Positions 40,827 to 56,250 of a stretch of 64,000 nt of DNA are shown piece by piece; within the stretch, counting starts at the first letter, position 1, and every line of letters starts with the position of its first letter. The position numbers and the translations under genes are program-made. The notes below the pieces were generated by a model. That model was not told the origin of the DNA and made no database searches. It saw nothing but the letters and a program-made list of their open reading frames with translations. Origin of the DNA: the human T2T-CHM13v2.0 reference genome, Homo sapiens; the NCBI RefSeq assembly GCF_009914755.1, contig NC_060932.1; one strand, 5' to 3'.

Positions 40827-43800
40827 ACAGCCAGCTTTCCAAGGTGCCCATCACAGCTGCCCTCTGAGCAATGACTCAGGAAGGGACCAGTTGGAGGGAA
40901 GATGGGAGCTCAGGAAAAGTGTCAGGATACACCTTGCAACCTCCTTCTTCTAACCCGTGCTTTCAGCCCTTCCTTTTGTGGTTTCTTCCCACTCCAAAAT
41001 TTCCCATAATATTTATTTGCATAAATTTTCCCCAAAATAGGAATGACTAGGCATATTGAGAGGACCACATTTACCTACCGCCCTTCCCACTTTAGTAATA
41101 GCATCATTGTTCTACCCTGTGCATTCCAGTATAGCACACAGACATCTTAAGTGCAGAACTTAACTTTATTGCAACATAAGGGAATTTCGGGGTAAAAACT
41201 GCATTCGTGAAATCAATCACACATGGGGCTCAGGTTACTCAGCCTGGCATGGTTCAAAGCCTTATAGCAATTCCTCGTAGGCGCTGCCTGTTGTCACTCC
41301 CTTGGCTGTCTGTCACCCTTGCCTCAGGCTCCAGCCTTAGCCTCAGCTTCTTCTTCCTAATGCACCTGCCAGCCCCAGACATGGGTACTTTCCAGATTCT
41401 GCAGAATGAGGCTTTTTCCTGTCTAAGTCTCAGCACATCCTTATCAGCATCTCACACAGACTGCAACCTCTGCAGTCGGCTTGTGTCCAGGGTCCTAGTC
41501 CCCATCACTGCTTCCTCTTTATACTCTCCGCCCAATGCCTGCTCCTGTGCGTTCCCACACTCCTGCCCTCTGGCATGTACAGTTTCACATTTGTAATCTA
41601 TGCCTCTACGTACTTACAAGAAGAGGAGGTGAAAAACTGGATTTGGCACATATTGAATTTCTTGGACCGTGTTCATTTTTTTCTGTGTCTGGAATCCACT
41701 GTTTTCTAGCAAAAACTTTCTTAAGATTTCAAACACCAACCCTAACACTCTGAGTTTACCTGCTTGAATGACTGCCTGTCCCTCGGGCTGAAGTCACAAC
41801 ATTCAGGTTATTATTAATGATTGTCAATCACCATCTTTTTGGGTCCCTGTTGTTTTGCCTTCATATAATTTAATATTTCTATTTAAACACAGAAACTTGG
41901 GCAACTGTCAGAGTCACTCCTCAGCTAATGCTCCCTGGAAAGGGCATATGCTTTTTGCTCACTCAAGGCAGATAATACTGAACAAGTGCTTAAGAACGTT
42001 CATGCCATAAAAGACTCTCAGAAAAGGAAGGAGAAACTGAACGATACCGAGTCCTTACACATGCAGGACACGGCTATTTCCTTTCAGATTTTGTAATTCC
42101 TATACTGGTCATTCTAGTTCTAAGTAAAGAAACCAGGCTTTTTTTAAAAAAAAAAAATCACAAATCTGTAGAGCTAGGATTTGGACCCAAGTCAGTTTGT
42201 CTCCAAAAATTCATGCGTTTTCTCAAAAGAAAGTTCTATATAAATGCTAAACAGAAAACCCAGTCATTAATTACATGGAGGCAGTTTACATTTTCCTGCA
42301 ATTTACACCTTTTTTTTTCCAGACTAATTAAATTTCCTACGCTGGTAAAGTGCTTCTTCCCACAGTTTACTAGAGTTTTTGGTAAAGAGCTAAAAGAAGG
42401 TTTGCTGTGAAGCTGGCGAGGAAGAGAAGACTGAGATTCCAATAAAAACTTGTTAACTGGCGTGCAACACCGTGCCTATTAAGAGTAGAACAACTCTCCT
42501 ACAGAACACACAGCCGAGTCTATACATTGCTTGTTAAGTACTGGCCCAAGTGCTCATGTCTCAGACTTGTCCCTTGGACCCATGCCCAAGCCAGCCCTGA
42601 GAGGGTTGGAACAACTCCCCCGCCCCTGCAGAAAACACGACTGGTTATTTAGAATCTAGGGCATCACAATGAACATGGCTCAGTATTTTCATAAGGTATT
42701 ACTACTGTTGTTCTGAAAAAGCAAGGCATGCGCGCACTTACTTAATATGTTCTTTGTTGATTTACACGTCCTTGATTTTTAAATCACTTCCAGAAATTCC
42801 TAGTAAATGGGAAAAGAATTTCTCAAATAAATATGTTATCTTTTCCTCCAACAGAATGCCAGATCACTTCTTGAAAGATCGTTTCCAGATTCTTCTTCAG
42901 TTCAAACTGATTTTCACAAACTTGAATCTGCACGCCATAATTAGGAAGCTACTGCAGGCCAATTTATTTGGTTAATTTGCATCAGTCTAAATAATTTTTC
43001 CTGACAGATTACTTCCGTTCTAAGTACCAAGTACTTTTTAATCCTAGTCAGGTTATTGCTAAGGATAAATGATTTCACATTTCTCATAAAGATGCCTGTC
43101 ATTAAGAATATTAACACAAATTCCTTCCCCTTGAATAGAAATGAGCTGTCATTTTAGCAATCTTGCTGTGTCAGCCTTTCTATTGTCAAACACAACAAAT
43201 GATGGGAAAATCAATTTACTCTTTAGAATTAGTCAAGTGAGGAATCCTTTGAAGTGGGGGTGCAGAGTTTCGCCTGAATTCTATAATCACGTAACAGCGA
43301 GTACTGTATGTATGTTGGTAAAATGTTGTGAAATTTAATGAGGACTATTTGTTGCCATAAGACCTTCCAGACAGAATCTATCTCTGAAAAAGAATTCCCC
43401 ACTCCTAAAATAGAGGTCTGATGAGCAACAGATGTGGTTTAAATGAACCCTTGTTCAACTGAACCAAGAATATATTGTGATCTGTATGAGGCACAATTCA
43501 GAAGAGAGGGGAGGTGGCTACAGCACAGCCTCAGTGTTGAGTTTGGTTGTGGGGTTTAAACATATTTATTTATTTCATAAAGTTTCTCTCATAAGGCACA
43601 ATGCAAATGAGCTTTTAATTAATACAATCTAATGTTCAGAGGATGGTCTTCATGCTGTTTATAAAACAATTTACATTTTTATTTTGTAGTCTAAGAACGT
43701 GTGTCGAAAAGCATGTCAGTGAGTAGCCATAACCTTCAGAGTGATCTATGTCCTGGCAATGATTTGTAAGTTCCACAACTCAGTTTCTCCACCCATAAAG

Positions 43801-44364
43801 AGAAGATTAGATCGTTGTTCAAGAATGACAACTATTTAATATTTGGAAATGACTAAATAATGAAGTGCCTGGATTCTATAGAAATGCCGAGGAGAAAAGA
43901 AGATTAATTTCAAACCAAAGTCTAGTGCAAACATGACCTTCCTATTGTAAATCTCATGAATAGGAGAAGAAATAACATCTAAAGCTTTGTTTCTAGGGCT
44001 GAGACTCTGGAAATATATTAATTTTAGGTTGTTTCTGATGGCAAAAAAAAAGATCCGTCTATTACAATCTCTTGCCTGTGGAGATGAGAAAAAATTCTTC
44101 CTGCTACCTTTGACTGAAATAATGCAGTTAGCAAAGATTTAAATGACAAGAGTAGAAGTGTCATCTTTTTGTCCCTTTGCCTCTAGGCAGGACTACAGTT
44201 AAGCCATCTCAGGAAAGAGAAGAGTGCTATTGCTCCCAAAACTCTCCAGGTGAGAATGATAAAAATTAAAAACAGCAAGTGAGAAAACTCAGGGGCCCTG
44301 AAATTAATAAAGGTCAGTTCCAGCTCACATCGTTTCAGTTAAAATTTATTTCTATTTGGAAATA

Positions 44365-44971
44365 GCCTAACAGCAAAACTCCAACGGATGGGCTGTTTGG
44401 CACTAGTTCTCGGTGAAAATTCCATTTAGTATTACTACTACTGTCTGATCTTTTTCTATTCAGCCTCCTCTTCACCCTGTTGGTGAGGGAGGGAGGCCAT
44501 CCTAGGGATCTGGGGATGGCCAAATACACAGCACCCAACAGTGGACAGATGACAGCCACAGCAGCTTAAAAGTCACATAAACTCACAGCCCAGGGAAGGA
44601 GGATCAGGGAAGGAGGATAACACATACCATGCAGGGCACACAGGGGTTGCACCGGGAACAGAGTGGACAAGCAGAGGCTGCAGGAGGCAGTAGTAACAAG
44701 AGAATGCGGTGCCCTGAGGCTCCCCGGGGAAGGTGTAATTGGCTTGTTTGAATAATTGTGTGGGCTGGTAAGGAAGTAAAACCCATAAGGTTGAAGACCT
44801 GGTGGAGTGAGGCTGGCCCAGCTGACAGAGGAATGAGCCAGGTGGGCGTCCTTTCTTGCTGGAGGGGACATATCTATGAAAGCAGGGGAGCTCACAGTTA
44901 GGCCTTGGGGGGTCCTGATGAGGCTCAAAGATAATAAATACCAAGGTAACACGTGAGATTTTAGGCGTTAC
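44365..44971 (-). mobile_element. ERVL-class solo LTR (MER54/73/74-like)
   Basis: Reverse strand begins tgtaacgcctaaaat; internal taattggcttgtttgaataatt motif. Confidence 0.7.
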
Positions 44972-45292
44972 AAGCCGATCCATACAAACTAAACCGACTT
45001 ATATGAGACTCATGTTCCCTTGACCATGCCTGATCTCTCTAAGGTCTTTTCCACACCTATTTTGTCTCACAGGAAAAGAGCCACTTTTGACTAGATTGAT
45101 AAAATGGGAGTTTAAGCAATTTTTCTAGCAGGAGGACTCTCAGGCCAAGACCATGTAATTAGCTAAATGACTCATGCAGAAGTATCCTACACTCCTCCCT
45201 TTGGTTTGAATGAAAAGAGTAGGAGAGCCCTAAATCATCCAGACAAATTACATCTTTAACTCTTTACTTAATTTTAGTCTGTCACAAGGTAA

Positions 45293-45665
<373 letters not shown>

Positions 45666-45869
45666 CCCCGCCTTCCGTTTTTCAAGAATACTGTCGGGAC
45701 ACACACAGGTCAGGGAAATGTAGATTCTCTCATTTCCCCTGGTTTTTAACAAATGTCCTTTATATAAAAGACAAAACTTGAGATGTTCAGGCTCTGTCTG
45801 AAACTACTGGCCTCTTGCATCCTTTAGATAAAGGACATTTGAAGTTAATGCTGGGCCTGTCATCCTTAG

Positions 45870-46301
<432 letters not shown>

Positions 46302-46519
46302 TAAGTCACTCTATAAAACAGATGGAGATAATATTTCTCCATTTGACTCCAACTGAGTAAAGTCCAAGCCAGATTGCCTGGCCTCCCTCACATTCGTCCC
46401 CTTCCCACACACTGCCAAGGTTCCTGAAGTACCCCTTGAAAGCCTAAAGCTTGTTGGAACCCAGTTTGAAAACCACCAGATGAGATAATATCTCAGGTTT
46501 CTTCCAGCTTTCAGTAGAA

Positions 46520-46710
46520 TAGAAAAATCATTGACTATGGAATCAGACCTAGATTCAAATCCTAGTTCTGTCACTTTCTAAGCTGTATGACCAGACTCAA
46601 TTTACCCATCTGTAAACGAAAACAAAAATAGTTCTGCTAGGTTAAAAAGACATGTAAAGCATCTAGGCCAGTTCCTGAAACCCAGGAGGGATTTGTAAAT
46701 AGTAGCTATA
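46520..46710 (+). mobile_element. MIR
   Basis: ggaatcagacctagattcaaatcctagttctgtcactt...agctgtatgacc. Confidence 0.8.
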
Positions 46711-47567
46711 ATAAAGGTTATGGTCCTCACCTGAGCATAACAAAATGAGAGATGATCCTACACTTGAACTACAAATTTGCAGTAAGATCGCTGTCATTCC
46801 TGAAGCCGAATCCTCAGGAACTTGAGGCCAAAATTCTTTAAAACCTGAATTGGTTTTAATTGTTCCAAATTAGTAGAGGGGGGAAAATTCTTCTAATTCA
46901 CTGAACAATCTGTATGCGTGGAGAGCATGTACTGCATAGACACACCCCAAGTCTCTTAAATGACACCACGGTCGATCCAACTAGCACAGGTGGAATTTGA
47001 AGCATGTTACTTTTACCAAAAAATAACAGGGGAAATGTCATTAAGAACACTTTAATACAAAGCCACAAGAAATTCAGTATCTGACAGCTCATGTTCTATA
47101 TTTCACCCCATATCATAAAACAATTCACCAGAGAGCAGTTGTTCATTTGCTGAGCTGCTGTTGTGATAGCACATATTATTTCAATAATGGAGGAGTTCCT
47201 CCATAAAATCAGTCCCAGAAGCCAGTGATGTCTGAAAAATCTCACCTTTGGAGAATTTTCCTGGCATTCTGTAAAGGAAGTTGCACTTACAGGTCCTCTA
47301 ATGTGCAGCAGCAAAGGAACAACAGATGCCAACATTCTTGTTTGCCTCATGAACTTAAGCCCTAAAGTAAGCTGACTTGAGTAAAGTTTAGAGGCTCCCC
47401 TTCAAGTTTTAGAAAAGCTTTCTTGTTTAACTTATGCAAATTTACACACCCTCATGAACCTATTGCATATATCCGACAACCGTCCATATTTTAGTACCAT
47501 GTGGTGGCTCTCACCTATGCCCATATAGCTGGCGACAATGCAGGTAAGATCTGGTCAGCTGTCAGTT

Positions 47568-47960
47568 TCATTCAGTGAATACTCACTGAGCACCTGCTTT
47601 ATGCAGGGCCCTGTCCTGGGCCACCAGGGAGAACAACGCAAGGTTCCAAACCTATGGAGACAGACAACGCATGCGGAATGACAACAGAGAAACAGAGTCA
47701 CACGGAGAAAAGAGGGGAAATTGGGGAAGGCTTTTGTGGGGGAGGCGGGATTTGAACTGAGCCTTGAAGGAAGTGGGTGTGAGGATGGGGGTATGAGTAA
47801 AGATGGGAAATGGAGAATTGAAAGGCCGTCTTTAGAGAATGATTCACATTATAACGTGCTGGGGAGTAGGTGAGGCGGGAGGGCGGGATGGGAAGTGGGA
47901 AATTAGTGTGGAGACAGAAATTGTGGGCTTTGAGTGCCAGGATGAGGAATTTCTTTGCGT
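47568..47960 (-). mobile_element. L2 3' end
   Basis: ttcattcagtgaatactcactgagcacctgc.ttatgc and tttgaactgagccttgaagga. Confidence 0.7.
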
Positions 47961-48359
47961 GTTGGGAAGCAGTGGCAGGCGCAGGACAGGATAATAATAA
48001 TTTAAAGAAAATATGAGTAGCAAGTTGTGGGAGCGGGGAGGGAAGCTTGGTGCTCAGAATAATCAGAACTTTCTCAGTGGACCCAGGCTCAGTGGAAAGA
48101 GCGCTCTGGTTCCGTTTATTGCTCCCACAGAGAAGAGAGGAGAGACCCAGAGAGGTTTAAAATTAGAGGGGTCGACAGGGCACAGGGAACTCCTGGCCAA
48201 CCATCCTTAGGAAAACAAGAGACCAGGAATAAAGAGAACCAGCAGAAGCACCTGGTCTGAGTCTAAGAAACATCAGTGTTTACTAAGCACTTGGTCTCTG
48301 GAACGCCTGGCTTTCCAAATACCACATCTTCCCATCCACTCCATCCTGCCACAGGCAGC

Positions 48360-48830
48360 TACTGTGTCGGGTGCTCAGGGAGCCGGAACCACATGCCTGG
48401 AAACCCTGAGCCCCTGCCCGCCGCCGTCCAAGCCGGCCGGCTGCAGCGCAGTTTGTTTGCCGAGGTTTGCATGCACATATTCAGTTGCCCTTTTTTTTCC
48501 CCCAGTCCTTTCAGCCGTGTCCCGAAATTCACCCTTAGTGTAACTTCTGCCTCTGCTCCTCCTCTTCTTGGAACTGCCTTTTGTTTGTCTGGCAGCGTTG
48601 GTTCTATGGGGGTGTGTGATGATAATAATACGCGGGCTTATATAACCGTCTTCATCTTGCGAGCACTTCGCAGACCGTCGCTAATGAATCTTGGGGCCGG
48701 TGTCGGGCCGGGGCGGCTTGATCGGCAACTAGGAAACCCCAGGCGCAGAGGCCAGGAGCGAGGGCAGCGAGGATCAGAGGCCAGGCCTTCCCGGCTGCCG
48801 GCGCTCCTCGGAGGTCAGGGCAGATGAGGA
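48360..48830 (+). promoter_or_regulatory. SULF1: Proximal SULF1 promoter, small CpG island
   Basis: Most CpG-dense unique stretch in the window; TATA-like TTATATAA at 48638-48645; GC box GGGCGG at 48711-48716. Confidence 0.8.
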
Positions 48831-48948
48831 ACATGACTCTCCCCCTTCGGAGGAGGAAGGAAGTCCCGCTGCCACCTTATCTCTGCTCCTCTGCCTCCTC
48901 CCTGTTCCCAGAGCTTTTTCTCTAGAGAAGATTTTGAAGGCGGCTTTT
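48670..48948 (+). other. SULF1: SULF1 proximal non-coding first exon (TSS approximate)
   Basis: Strong donor GTAAGT at 48949; sequence matches recalled SULF1 5' UTR. Confidence 0.85.
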
Positions 48949-49242
48949 GTAAGTATCGTGCTCTGCTTTTACTTTAAAAAGAAAGAAGACAAACTTTCCT
49001 TCCTGTCCCTGTCCTTTTCGTATTATTTATTCATTATTCATCATATTATTATTCATTATATTCTCAGATGATGGAAAGTATGTTTCTGGCCAAAGTCTTC
49101 CACCCAAATTTGGTCCCTTGTAATGATAATAAGAGGGGAAAGAGGTTTCTGTTGATAATTAATTCACTTAACAAAATAGTACCCAGGCGAGGTACTGAAA
49201 TTGGCCACTTTCACAGCATTCTGGTGATGTCTGGCTGTTGAT

Positions 49243-49269
49243 ACACACCACACACACACACACACAACA

Positions 49270-49313
<44 letters not shown>
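49243..49313 (+). repeat. Interrupted (CA)n microsatellite
   Basis: Direct reading; about 300 bp into the intron after the proximal first exon. Confidence 0.97.
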
Positions 49314-49315
<2 letters not shown>

Positions 49316-50554
49316 CTTTTTGCCCTTAAGAGGAGCCCTAGTCACCTGGCTTGTTAGACAAGGAGAAATGATGCCACTTTGGTCTTCAGTTTCTCTGCCT
49401 TGGGTACTCACAATTTCAATCAGTTGTAATTGTTGAAAGTTTCTTTTCACACTACGAAATAAATCCCATCTTTCAGTGCAGGCTTGAAACTTGCACTGGC
49501 TTGGGTAAACTGTACAAAACACTGTAGCTATAGTGGACATGTGAATTTTTATTAAATTTTTCACTGCATAACCGAAGGTTCTAATATTAAAGAAACATGG
49601 ACACTAACTTTTTAAGCACAGGCAAAACTCAAAGCCCTGTTATCAAACTATGTGTCTTAAAGAGTGCTGAATTAACAGAGTACTCTTCTCAGAGATTATG
49701 CTCACTGCTTTGAGAAACTGCTTTTCAACAAGAGGTGAATTTAAAACTCTAGAATAACATGAAGAAAGACACAACTTCTGAATACTTAGCAACTCTGACT
49801 TGCTATTTGAACAAGCCAAAAAACAAAGGGTCTATTTTGGGCAATTGTACAATTTGCATTTATAAAACCGTGATTATAACTTGGTATGCTATGAGATACA
49901 GAGATTTATTGTTTTAATAAGATTTCAGGTAAGAAAACTAAGAACTATAAATTGGTAATAATGTAGAAAAGCAAGGCCTCTCACTTTTAATGCTGTAAGT
50001 GCTGTGATTCATTTGTAAGGCTTTATCATCTTTACCTCTAGATGAATAGATGTGAAAACCATGTATAGTATGTATGTATATGTTAGTGTGTATATGTGTC
50101 TTTATCTTAAATTCTTACATTTGTTGTATCTATCTAGTGCTCAGTATGTTATATGATAGTACAACATCCAAAATGGATCAAGTGGAGAAATTTATTTCAC
50201 ATCAACTTTCAGATTGCAATGTTTATTCAGTATTTATTAACACACATGGGAAATATTATAAAATTATGTCTTTTTTTAGATTCTCTTTAAATGATATTTT
50301 CCCTTAGAATTCTCTGTGGCTCCCATGAAATTCTAAGGTATAATTAAAGTCAAAAATAAGATTGGATTCTAGTTGCTTTTACCCCTAAATTTAAAAGTGA
50401 TATTTCAACACTAAATTCTATACTTTACCTAATTTGATTACAAAGATGAACCACATAATCTCAGCATTAGCCTCAAAGGCAAACTCAATCATAATAGAAG
50501 GAACACAAGCTTTGATGAGATCTGGATTTCAGGCTTAGTTTGGTCAAACTGAAT

Positions 50555-50730
50555 TAACTGAGCCTTGTGACACACACCTGTAGTCTTAGCTACTCCGGTG
50601 ACTGAGGCAAGAGGATCGCTTGAGCCTAGAAGGTGGAGACTAGAGTGAGTTGCGTTTGTGCCACTGCACCTCAGCCTGGGTGACAAAGTGAGATCCTATC
50701 TCAAAGGAAAAAAAAAAAAAAAAAGAGAGA
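50555..50730 (+). mobile_element. Alu right monomer (FRAM/AluJ)
   Basis: cacacctgtagtc...cagcctgggtgacaaagtgagatcc plus poly(A). Confidence 0.85.
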
Positions 50731-51059
50731 GACTATTGTAGTGTTCCAGTGAGAACTGCTGGGGGCACTGAGCAGTGTAGGTGGACAATAGGGCGCAGAT
50801 TCCAGAAATATTTAGAAGGTAGAACATTCTTGACTCAGGGCTGGATGAAGGGAATGGAGGAAAAGGAAACTTTTATAATATTAGTTTTGGGCCTGGGCTA
50901 CTGGGTAGTTGTAATAGAATACCATAGAACAAGAGGAGGTACTGGTTTATGAAGAAAATTGAGTTAGTTGGAGTAATATCAGGTTGAGATATCACTAAGA
51001 GGTTAGACTGCAACGCTGAGTAAAAATAAAAAGCAATTTTTTTAAGCATAAAATTATCA

Positions 51060-51230
51060 TCTGGATGTGGTGGCATGTGTCTGTAGTCCCAGCTACTCAG
51101 GAGGCTGAAGCAGGAGGATCTCATGAGCCCAGAGGTTCAAGGCTATGGTGCACTATAATCAAGCTTGTGAATAGATACTGCACTCCAGCCTGAGCAACAT
51201 AGTGAGACCCTGGCTCTTTAAAAAAAAAAT
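51060..51230 (+). mobile_element. Alu right monomer (FRAM/AluJ)
   Basis: gtggtggcatgtgtctgtagtcccagctac...gtgagaccctg plus poly(A). Confidence 0.85.
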
Positions 51231-51587
51231 GCTAGATTTTTGTCTTTGAAATTTTGAGGAGATACATAAAGACTGAGCTCTCCCTACTATGTTCTAATGC
51301 CCCCCAAGAAATGGTCACTATCTGGACTCAATGAAATCAGAGCTTTAATCTTGTGTCCCTGCTGCCAAATGAATTTTTTTCTCATTAACTTTTCAATAGG
51401 AAGCCCATGTCTAGGGCAGTCTTGCCTGTAGCTATGTGTATCCTCAAAGAGAGTAATTTTTACTTCTTCAGAGACTTCAGAAATGAGCAGAGACTAAAGA
51501 TCTATGAGCTAGTAGAATACTTATTCATAAAAAGCACATATGCATGAAGAAGTAATACTTATCAAAAACAAACCCTTTCCTTAACAG

Positions 51588-51749
51588 GGATTCTTCACTT
51601 CTCTTGAACAAGGAACTCACTCAGAGACTAACACAAAGGAAGTAATTTCTTACCTGGTCATTATTTAGTCTACAATAAGTTCATCCTTCTTCAGTGTGAC
51701 CAGTAAATTCTTCCCATACTCTTGAAGAGAGCATAATTGGAATGGAGAG
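51588..51749 (+). other. SULF1: SULF1 non-coding internal exon (162 nt)
   Basis: Acceptor ccctttccttaacAG|, donor GAG|GTGGGT; matches recalled 5' UTR. Confidence 0.85.
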
Positions 51750-52970
51750 GTGGGTAACATTCGCAAATTTTTTAAAGATGACAACTGGAAGAATTTTAAC
51801 ATTTTGAATGAATAGAAATCAATCTGATTAGCAGGCAGGAAGCTGTGACTTTTTAAATCTTGAGGTCTGATTACTTGATAACCCTGGTTTTCTTATACCC
51901 TTTCACCCTTTCTGTGCTCAGCACTTAATCTTCTAGGCAAAGCCTCTATCGGATTTCCTGGATTTCAGAGCTGTTACCCTACCTGAGCACTTCAGAGCAA
52001 ATGCCATTTCTTATAAAAGGGGCTTAGCCCCAGACTTTATGGCTAGTCTTGCAAAGTGGTATAATATTTCTTTCTGGTACGTGAACTGTATCAACACATT
52101 TAAAAACAGATTTAAAAAGCTATTTCCACCTCTAAATATAAAGAGCCTTACCACTTATTAGAAAGATAGCATTTGATAACAATCTGAATTTCTTCCACTT
52201 CTGATGGCTCACTTAATTCACCAAACTTTGGAAATCATCTTTGACTTTTGAAATGGTGAAAAACATTTCTATTTTTGCTAAAATGCTTTTGCCATAAAAA
52301 AAGAAGTGTCCCAAAAAGGAACCGTTAACATCTCAGCTATGCAAAATAATCACCAAATATATACTTTTGAATAAGATGACTGCATCATGGGAAAGTTCAT
52401 TATTTAAGGAAGGAACAAGATATATTTGGGGAAATTCCCATTAGCACAATTGAAGTATGAAGAATATACTGAGCTTCCATATATGGTGCTGGTCATTCCA
52501 CATTTAGGTTACTCAAGCCATTTAAACTTGGCTTCATAAGCAAGTACTACACCCTCACAATCTTTTTAGGTTAGCCGACATAATGATTTACTCCCAACTG
52601 GGTGCTGCCTGAGCCACTGTGCTTTGCCTCTGCAGTGTTTAAAGAGTGGATAGTTCGCAGCTGTGAAGTTCCCCAGACACCTGAGTCCAAACTGTTGCTG
52701 GATTTTGCTTCTTTCTGTGCTCCATGGAAAGCTGGAAGCTCCTCAACTTTCTCTTGGGTTTGGCTTCCTGTTCACATGTTTTCTGGCCCCATGTCAATTG
52801 TGTATGAAGTAATAGTCCCACATGCGTGCACCATCCACGATGGCAAGATTTGTGTGGTTCAGCATGAGTTTTCTAATGAGCACACTTTGGACCTTCCAAC
52901 AACCCTTTAGGAAAAGCAGTTTGGAACCAGTTATTACTTTCCAAGGTGACGGAAGCTAAAACAGAATGTT

Positions 52971-53279
<309 letters not shown>

Positions 53280-53910
53280 CAGAATGTTCTTAAGCAACAA
53301 GACTAAAGCCACTTTTAAGAGACAATTAAAGGACAACTGCATAGGAAAAATGAACATTTACCTTACACATCTGTCTAAATGTGTGTATGTGTAAAGTATA
53401 TAAAAATGCCTCCAATTCACAGTTTAAAAATATCAGTTACTGTTTCAGCATTTTGCTACTGATGAATGGTGCTAGTGTTTTCCACTAAGGACTGTTATTT
53501 TAATGACATTTCTCTGCAGCAAAATTTGATGAGTTTACAAAGTTTCAGAGCCAGGAAATGCAGCTTGATTTCTGAACAACGGGGACAACCAAGAGAGTTA
53601 AGTTCAATCATCTAGTTGCTTTATAGCATGGATTCCTAAGTGCTAACTGCAGTAACACACTGACACAGAGAGCAAAGCCAAACCAAACTCTTAAAGTACA
53701 GCTGTTAAACTATCAAGCTTAACTTCTCGATATATTCTCAACAGGTGAAATTCTGGCACACACCCACACTTACTTGAAGATGGTAATGTCAAATTAATCA
53801 CCATATGTCCAACATTTTATAGAATTTTAGAGTAAGAAGAGATATTGGAGGTCTTCCAGTTTTACCTTATCCTTTCATTATAGGAACAGAAAAACTGAGA
53901 CTCATGAGTG

Positions 53911-53936
53911 CTCTCTCTCTCTGTCTCTCTCTCTCT

Positions 53937-53977
<41 letters not shown>

Positions 53978-53989
53978 AGCACACACACA
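53911..53989 (+). repeat. Compound (CT)n(CA)n microsatellite
   Basis: Direct reading. Confidence 0.97.
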
Positions 53990-54689
53990 TCAGAGCTGTA
54001 CTGAGTCATGACTTACAGAAAACATCCTAAGTCTGACTTAAGCAAAAGAAAGGGATGCAATGATCCACAGCTAGGCCACTGGCTTCCTGGTCCTTTCAAG
54101 TTTGTGTGGCCAGCTTCAGCACTGTGGGCTGACAATTTATTATTGCTTGAGAAAACATTCAGAGTCTTGGAGTCTATATTTTTAACCAAAACTTGAATAA
54201 ACTCTAAAACAAACCAAGGATCCATCGGTGACTCAGATCCTGACTGTCCTTTACAGTGAGGCTCAGCCACCTTCCAATAGTTACTGGGGCCACACTGTGA
54301 TCCCATAAGATGGAGACAAAGCCCAAGACACAACCCTCACTCTGAGGGATCCTGAAACCTGACCAGAGAGATGAGACCATCCTGCATGCAGGCCATAGAG
54401 ACGGTAAACTAAGTACCACACTATGTGGCACAGGTTTTAAATGTTATGAGTTCTAGTGACAGGGATTAATGAAAATAGAGGCTGTCAGAAAATGAGATTT
54501 TAGCTGATCCCAGAGGGGAGATTAGAGTTTTAATATGTGGAGGAGAGAAAAGTGGACTTTTCCAGATAAAGAACAGAGGAGTGAAAGCAGAGAGAGGACT
54601 GTTTATGGGTGGGACCCCAAAGAAGCTGGCCTGAGGAAACATTTCTCCACCCACGCAATGGACCATGGAGCTCCAGTACAGACTTAAAA

Positions 54690-54984
54690 TTATTTATTTT
54701 GAGACAGAGTCTTACTTTATTACCCAGGTTGGAGTGCAGTGGCACAATCTTGGCTCACTGCAGCCTTGACTTCCTGGGCTGAAGCCATCCTCCCACCTAA
54801 GCCTCCCTAGGAGCTGGGATCACAGGCATGTGCAACCATGCCCAGCTAATTTTTGTATTTTTAGTAGAGACAGGGTTTCACAATGTTGCCCAGGCTGGTC
54901 TTGAACTCCTGACTTCAAGCAATCTGCCCGCCTCGGCCTCCCAAACTGCTGGGATTACAGGCATGAGCCACTGCAACGGGTCCC
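54690..54984 (-). mobile_element. Old Alu (AluJ/Sz)
   Basis: Reverse Alu; TSD-like cagactta. Confidence 0.92.
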
Positions 54985-55574
54985 AGACTTACATTATTAT
55001 CTATTAAAATGTTACTGAAATATGTACCCAAAAAGCTATGTATAAGTTGTTTTATGTTTGTATAGCTATAAATACACATTAGCATAATTCTATTTATACT
55101 ATTAAAATTTCAAAATAAGTCTCTAAGGATAAACGAAACCCATACACCAATAATACTCTAATTCATATTAATCCTCTTTGCCAGATGATGCTGTTTTGCT
55201 GAAACTAAAGAATAAATTTGTTTTAACTAAGTATTCATTAATGAAATTGGAAAAAACATTTTAACAAAAGGAATTTCTATTGCATATTAAGAATTACACC
55301 TGTTTATAAGGAACTGTTACAAGATGGCACCTATAGAGAAGAAAGGATCCAGGCAATCAGTCCTCTGGGGTGGAGATTTTGGAGCTGAGAACTGTGAGGG
55401 CCAAGTCATCCTATCACCCTTCTCTATTCTGGGAAACAAACAAACCTTCATACAACACAGCAGGAAGTATTTGACTCTCACGTGCATACACATATCAGCA
55501 GGAACTTAGGCTGCCTCTGTTCTTTCTTCAATAGCCCATAACAATTAAATTATTATATGATTATACCACACATT

Positions 55575-55963
<389 letters not shown>

Positions 55964-56024
55964 TGATTGCAAATATGCAAGGAAGGTTGTATCTTTATTA
56001 CTGGTCTAAAAAAAATCAGTCCAA

Positions 56025-56250
56025 GTAATAATGATTGCCGATGTTTATTGAACCCTTATTTTGTGCTAGGTCGTCTTGCAAGTTTTTCACATGAATGTTT
56101 TCATGTAATCCTCACATCAACCCTATGGGGTAGATACCATTTTAAATTCCCATTTGTCAGAGGAGAATACTGAGGCATAGAGAAATTAAGTAATGTGCTC
56201 AAGGCCACATAGCCAGTGAATGCCATAGCCTGGTATTCCGGCATCTCATT
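56025..56250 (-). mobile_element. MIR
   Basis: taatcctcacatcaaccctatggggtag...actgaggcatagaga.attaagtaa. Confidence 0.85.

Noticed and set aside
42563-42735. p53 half-site AGACTTGTCC and NRF1-like GCATGCGC
   Set aside because: No good second p53 half-site and an incomplete NRF1 match; too weak without data
48276-48827. 183-aa ORF across the proximal promoter
   Set aside because: GTG start upstream of the likely TSS, GC-rich DNA lengthens ORFs, and no recognisable domain; only the ATG-initiated tail is kept as a uORF
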